A DNA stretch of 64,000 bases, from contig JBJBDC010000001.1 in the NCBI GenBank assembly GCA_047285535.1, positions 480,136-544,135 on the forward strand, written 5' to 3'. This document shows, in pieces, positions 62,622 to 64,000 of the stretch. The translations under genes were made by a program, and so were the position numbers. This DNA is from Synechococcus sp. (lineage in GTDB: Bacteria; Cyanobacteriota; Cyanobacteriia; PCC-6307; Cyanobiaceae). The notes under the pieces were generated by a model. It saw only the letters and a list, made by a program, of their open reading frames with translations. It was not told where the DNA came from and ran no database searches. How positions within the stretch are numbered: position 1 is the stretch's first letter; each line of letters starts with the position of its first letter.

Positions 62622-63008
62622 ACATTCTTCCGACTCTGACTTCTCTTTAGCTCAATTTTGTAATAAAAGCCACAATACTTGCGGAATATGAAGCAAATCT
62701 AAAGGCGCTGCTTGGGTTTGGCTTCGTTTCTCGTCGGTTATGCATCTTGCGATGCACTTTTTGGTATGTATTGCTTTCTTATCTCCATTATCTTTTGTGG
62801 GTCTTGCTTGGACACCCATTCGTCTATTTTATCTGGTCTGTAACTGGAAGTAGTCAGTACGTGATTTGTGAACCAATATCATTCCAAAGTTCGCTAGGAC
62901 CAAGCTTTCTTTGTACATTAAGTCAACTCATTCAGGGGTGGTTGTGTGCTGGCTTGGAGATCAATATATAGTCGTGTGGTTTTGTTCCGGCTTCTCTTTG
63001 AGTTTTGA

Positions 63009-63764
63009 TTAGGATCTGTTGTGAATAAGCTGTTCTTCAAGTAGTAAATTGAATGTGACTAATTGTTCATCGCTTAATTGCTGTCTTGTTGTTGCTCCCG
63101 TTTTTGTTTGAAGGAATTTTTTTGCATTTTCTTGTGTCCACCCCAGTTCTGTGAGCATTGCATCTCCTTGCACGATCAAGTCACTTCGTCTTATGGGTAA
63201 AGGAGCCGTGTTTTCATTTGCTCCTTTTTCCAGTTTTGACAGCTGTGTGAGATAAGCCAGGATATCGCTATACCGCGTAAGTTTGTGCCTGCTTCCATGT
63301 CCATAGGCACGTTCTAAAAAAACATGCTCCTTTTCTCGATTCCAGCCAATGCGCTTTAGCTGCATATCAATCGATGTAAGTTCTTCGCTCCAATCCTCTG
63401 GATCGGTTGGTGCTTCACTAGGTTCCATGCCTGCAACGGGTTTATCGATTCCTTTGATCGATGAAACTATTGGTTTGTCCGGATGGTCACTCAATGGTTT
63501 TTCAGAAATCTTGTTAATGGCGTTGGATTCGTCTTTGCTTGTTGCAGCCACTTTGATGACTGTAGGTTTGGCTTCTTTTGATTTCTGACCTTCCTTGACA
63601 GTCGTGAACCGATCTATCAATCGCTGTCGAGCGCGGTCTTCCGCTAGTTCTGCATTATCTGCTTCTCCCAAGCTGCTACCCAACAAGAGTTCGCCATCGA
63701 AGCCGATGACCTTGACCACACATCGGTTGGCATCGATGTGGCAAACCTCGACCTTTGTCTTCAT
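63009..63764 (-). CDS. Conserved hypothetical protein
   Basis: GSSLGEA..AELAEDRA, EAPTDPEDWSEELTSID..L.RIGW. Confidence 0.8.
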   Translation of the reverse strand: MKTKVEVCHIDANRCVVKVIGFDGELLLGSSLGEADNAELAEDRARQRLIDRFTTVKEGQKSKEAKPTVIKVAATSKDESNAINKISEKPLSDHPDKPIVSSIKGIDKPVAGMEPSEAPTDPEDWSEELTSIDMQLKRIGWNREKEHVFLERAYGHGSRHKLTRYSDILAYLTQLSKLEKGANENTAPLPIRRSDLIVQGDAMLTELGWTQENAKKFLQTKTGATTRQQLSDEQLVTFNLLLEEQLIHNRS

Positions 63765-63801
63765 GCCTCTGAATAGTGGAAATCATTTCTAAGCTGAAGC
63801 A

Positions 63802-64000
63802 ATGGATACAGCTGCCCTTCACTCTCTACTCCCCCTTTTCGATGGAGTCGATCGATGGTCTGAGCTTTTGCCACTTCTTCCAGTGCTTGTTGCTTTGGAA
63901 ATTTTGCTTTCTGCAGATAATGCTATTGCCTTGGCCGCTGTTGTCCGGAAGCAGAGGGACCCTGTTAAGGAAAGAAAAGCACTCAATTTTGGGATTAGTA
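63802..64000 (+). CDS. TerC family membrane protein (5' part, runs off the window)
   Basis: MDTAALHSLL...LVALEILLSADNAIALAA; LS.DNA is the TerC motif. Confidence 0.85.
   Translation, partial: MDTAALHSLLPLFDGVDRWSELLPLLPVLVALEILLSADNAIALAAVVRKQRDPVKERKALNFGIS

Noticed and set aside
1..64000. CRISPR array, integrase, transposase or rRNA
   Set aside because: No repeat-spacer periodicity, recombinase motifs or rRNA sequence seen

Overview
Chromosomal window from a marine picocyanobacterium (Synechococcus or low-light Prochlorococcus type, judged from gene content and protein sequences). Bases 1-14.4 kb are an AT-rich variable island ending at the 3' end of tRNA-Ser(UGA). It holds a full-length but shattered glutamine synthetase III (glnN) pseudogene, a decayed nucleoside deaminase, small orphan ORFs (two paralogous secreted 2-Cys peptides and a Nif11-like protein) and a compact non-coding element with repeated CRP-like boxes, DnaA-like boxes and a terminator. 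Bases 14.9-28.5 kb and 48.3-61.2 kb are core genes (nrdJ, prfC, hslO, rpsB, tsf, recG; D-Ala-D-Ala peptidases, sir, glyS, chlP, typA, lptA/B/FG, ccsA). Between recG and the D-Ala-D-Ala dipeptidase gene lies a ~19.8 kb accessory block, the most interesting part of the window. It contains a translationally coupled operon (tandem cNMP-domain protein, NHLM/Nif11-type peptide exporter, MscS-cNMP channel pseudogene, CHASE2 adenylate cyclase), a DUF928-like protein preceded by a perfect CRP box, a filamentous-haemagglutinin-like TpsA ending in a CHAT (caspase-like) protease, its TpsB pore, and a Crp regulator. I propose, as inference, a self-contained surface-sensing, proteolysis, cAMP-CRP and peptide-export circuit. 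No CRISPR array, rRNA, integrase or transposase was seen. All family assignments are by eye from motifs; no searches were run.
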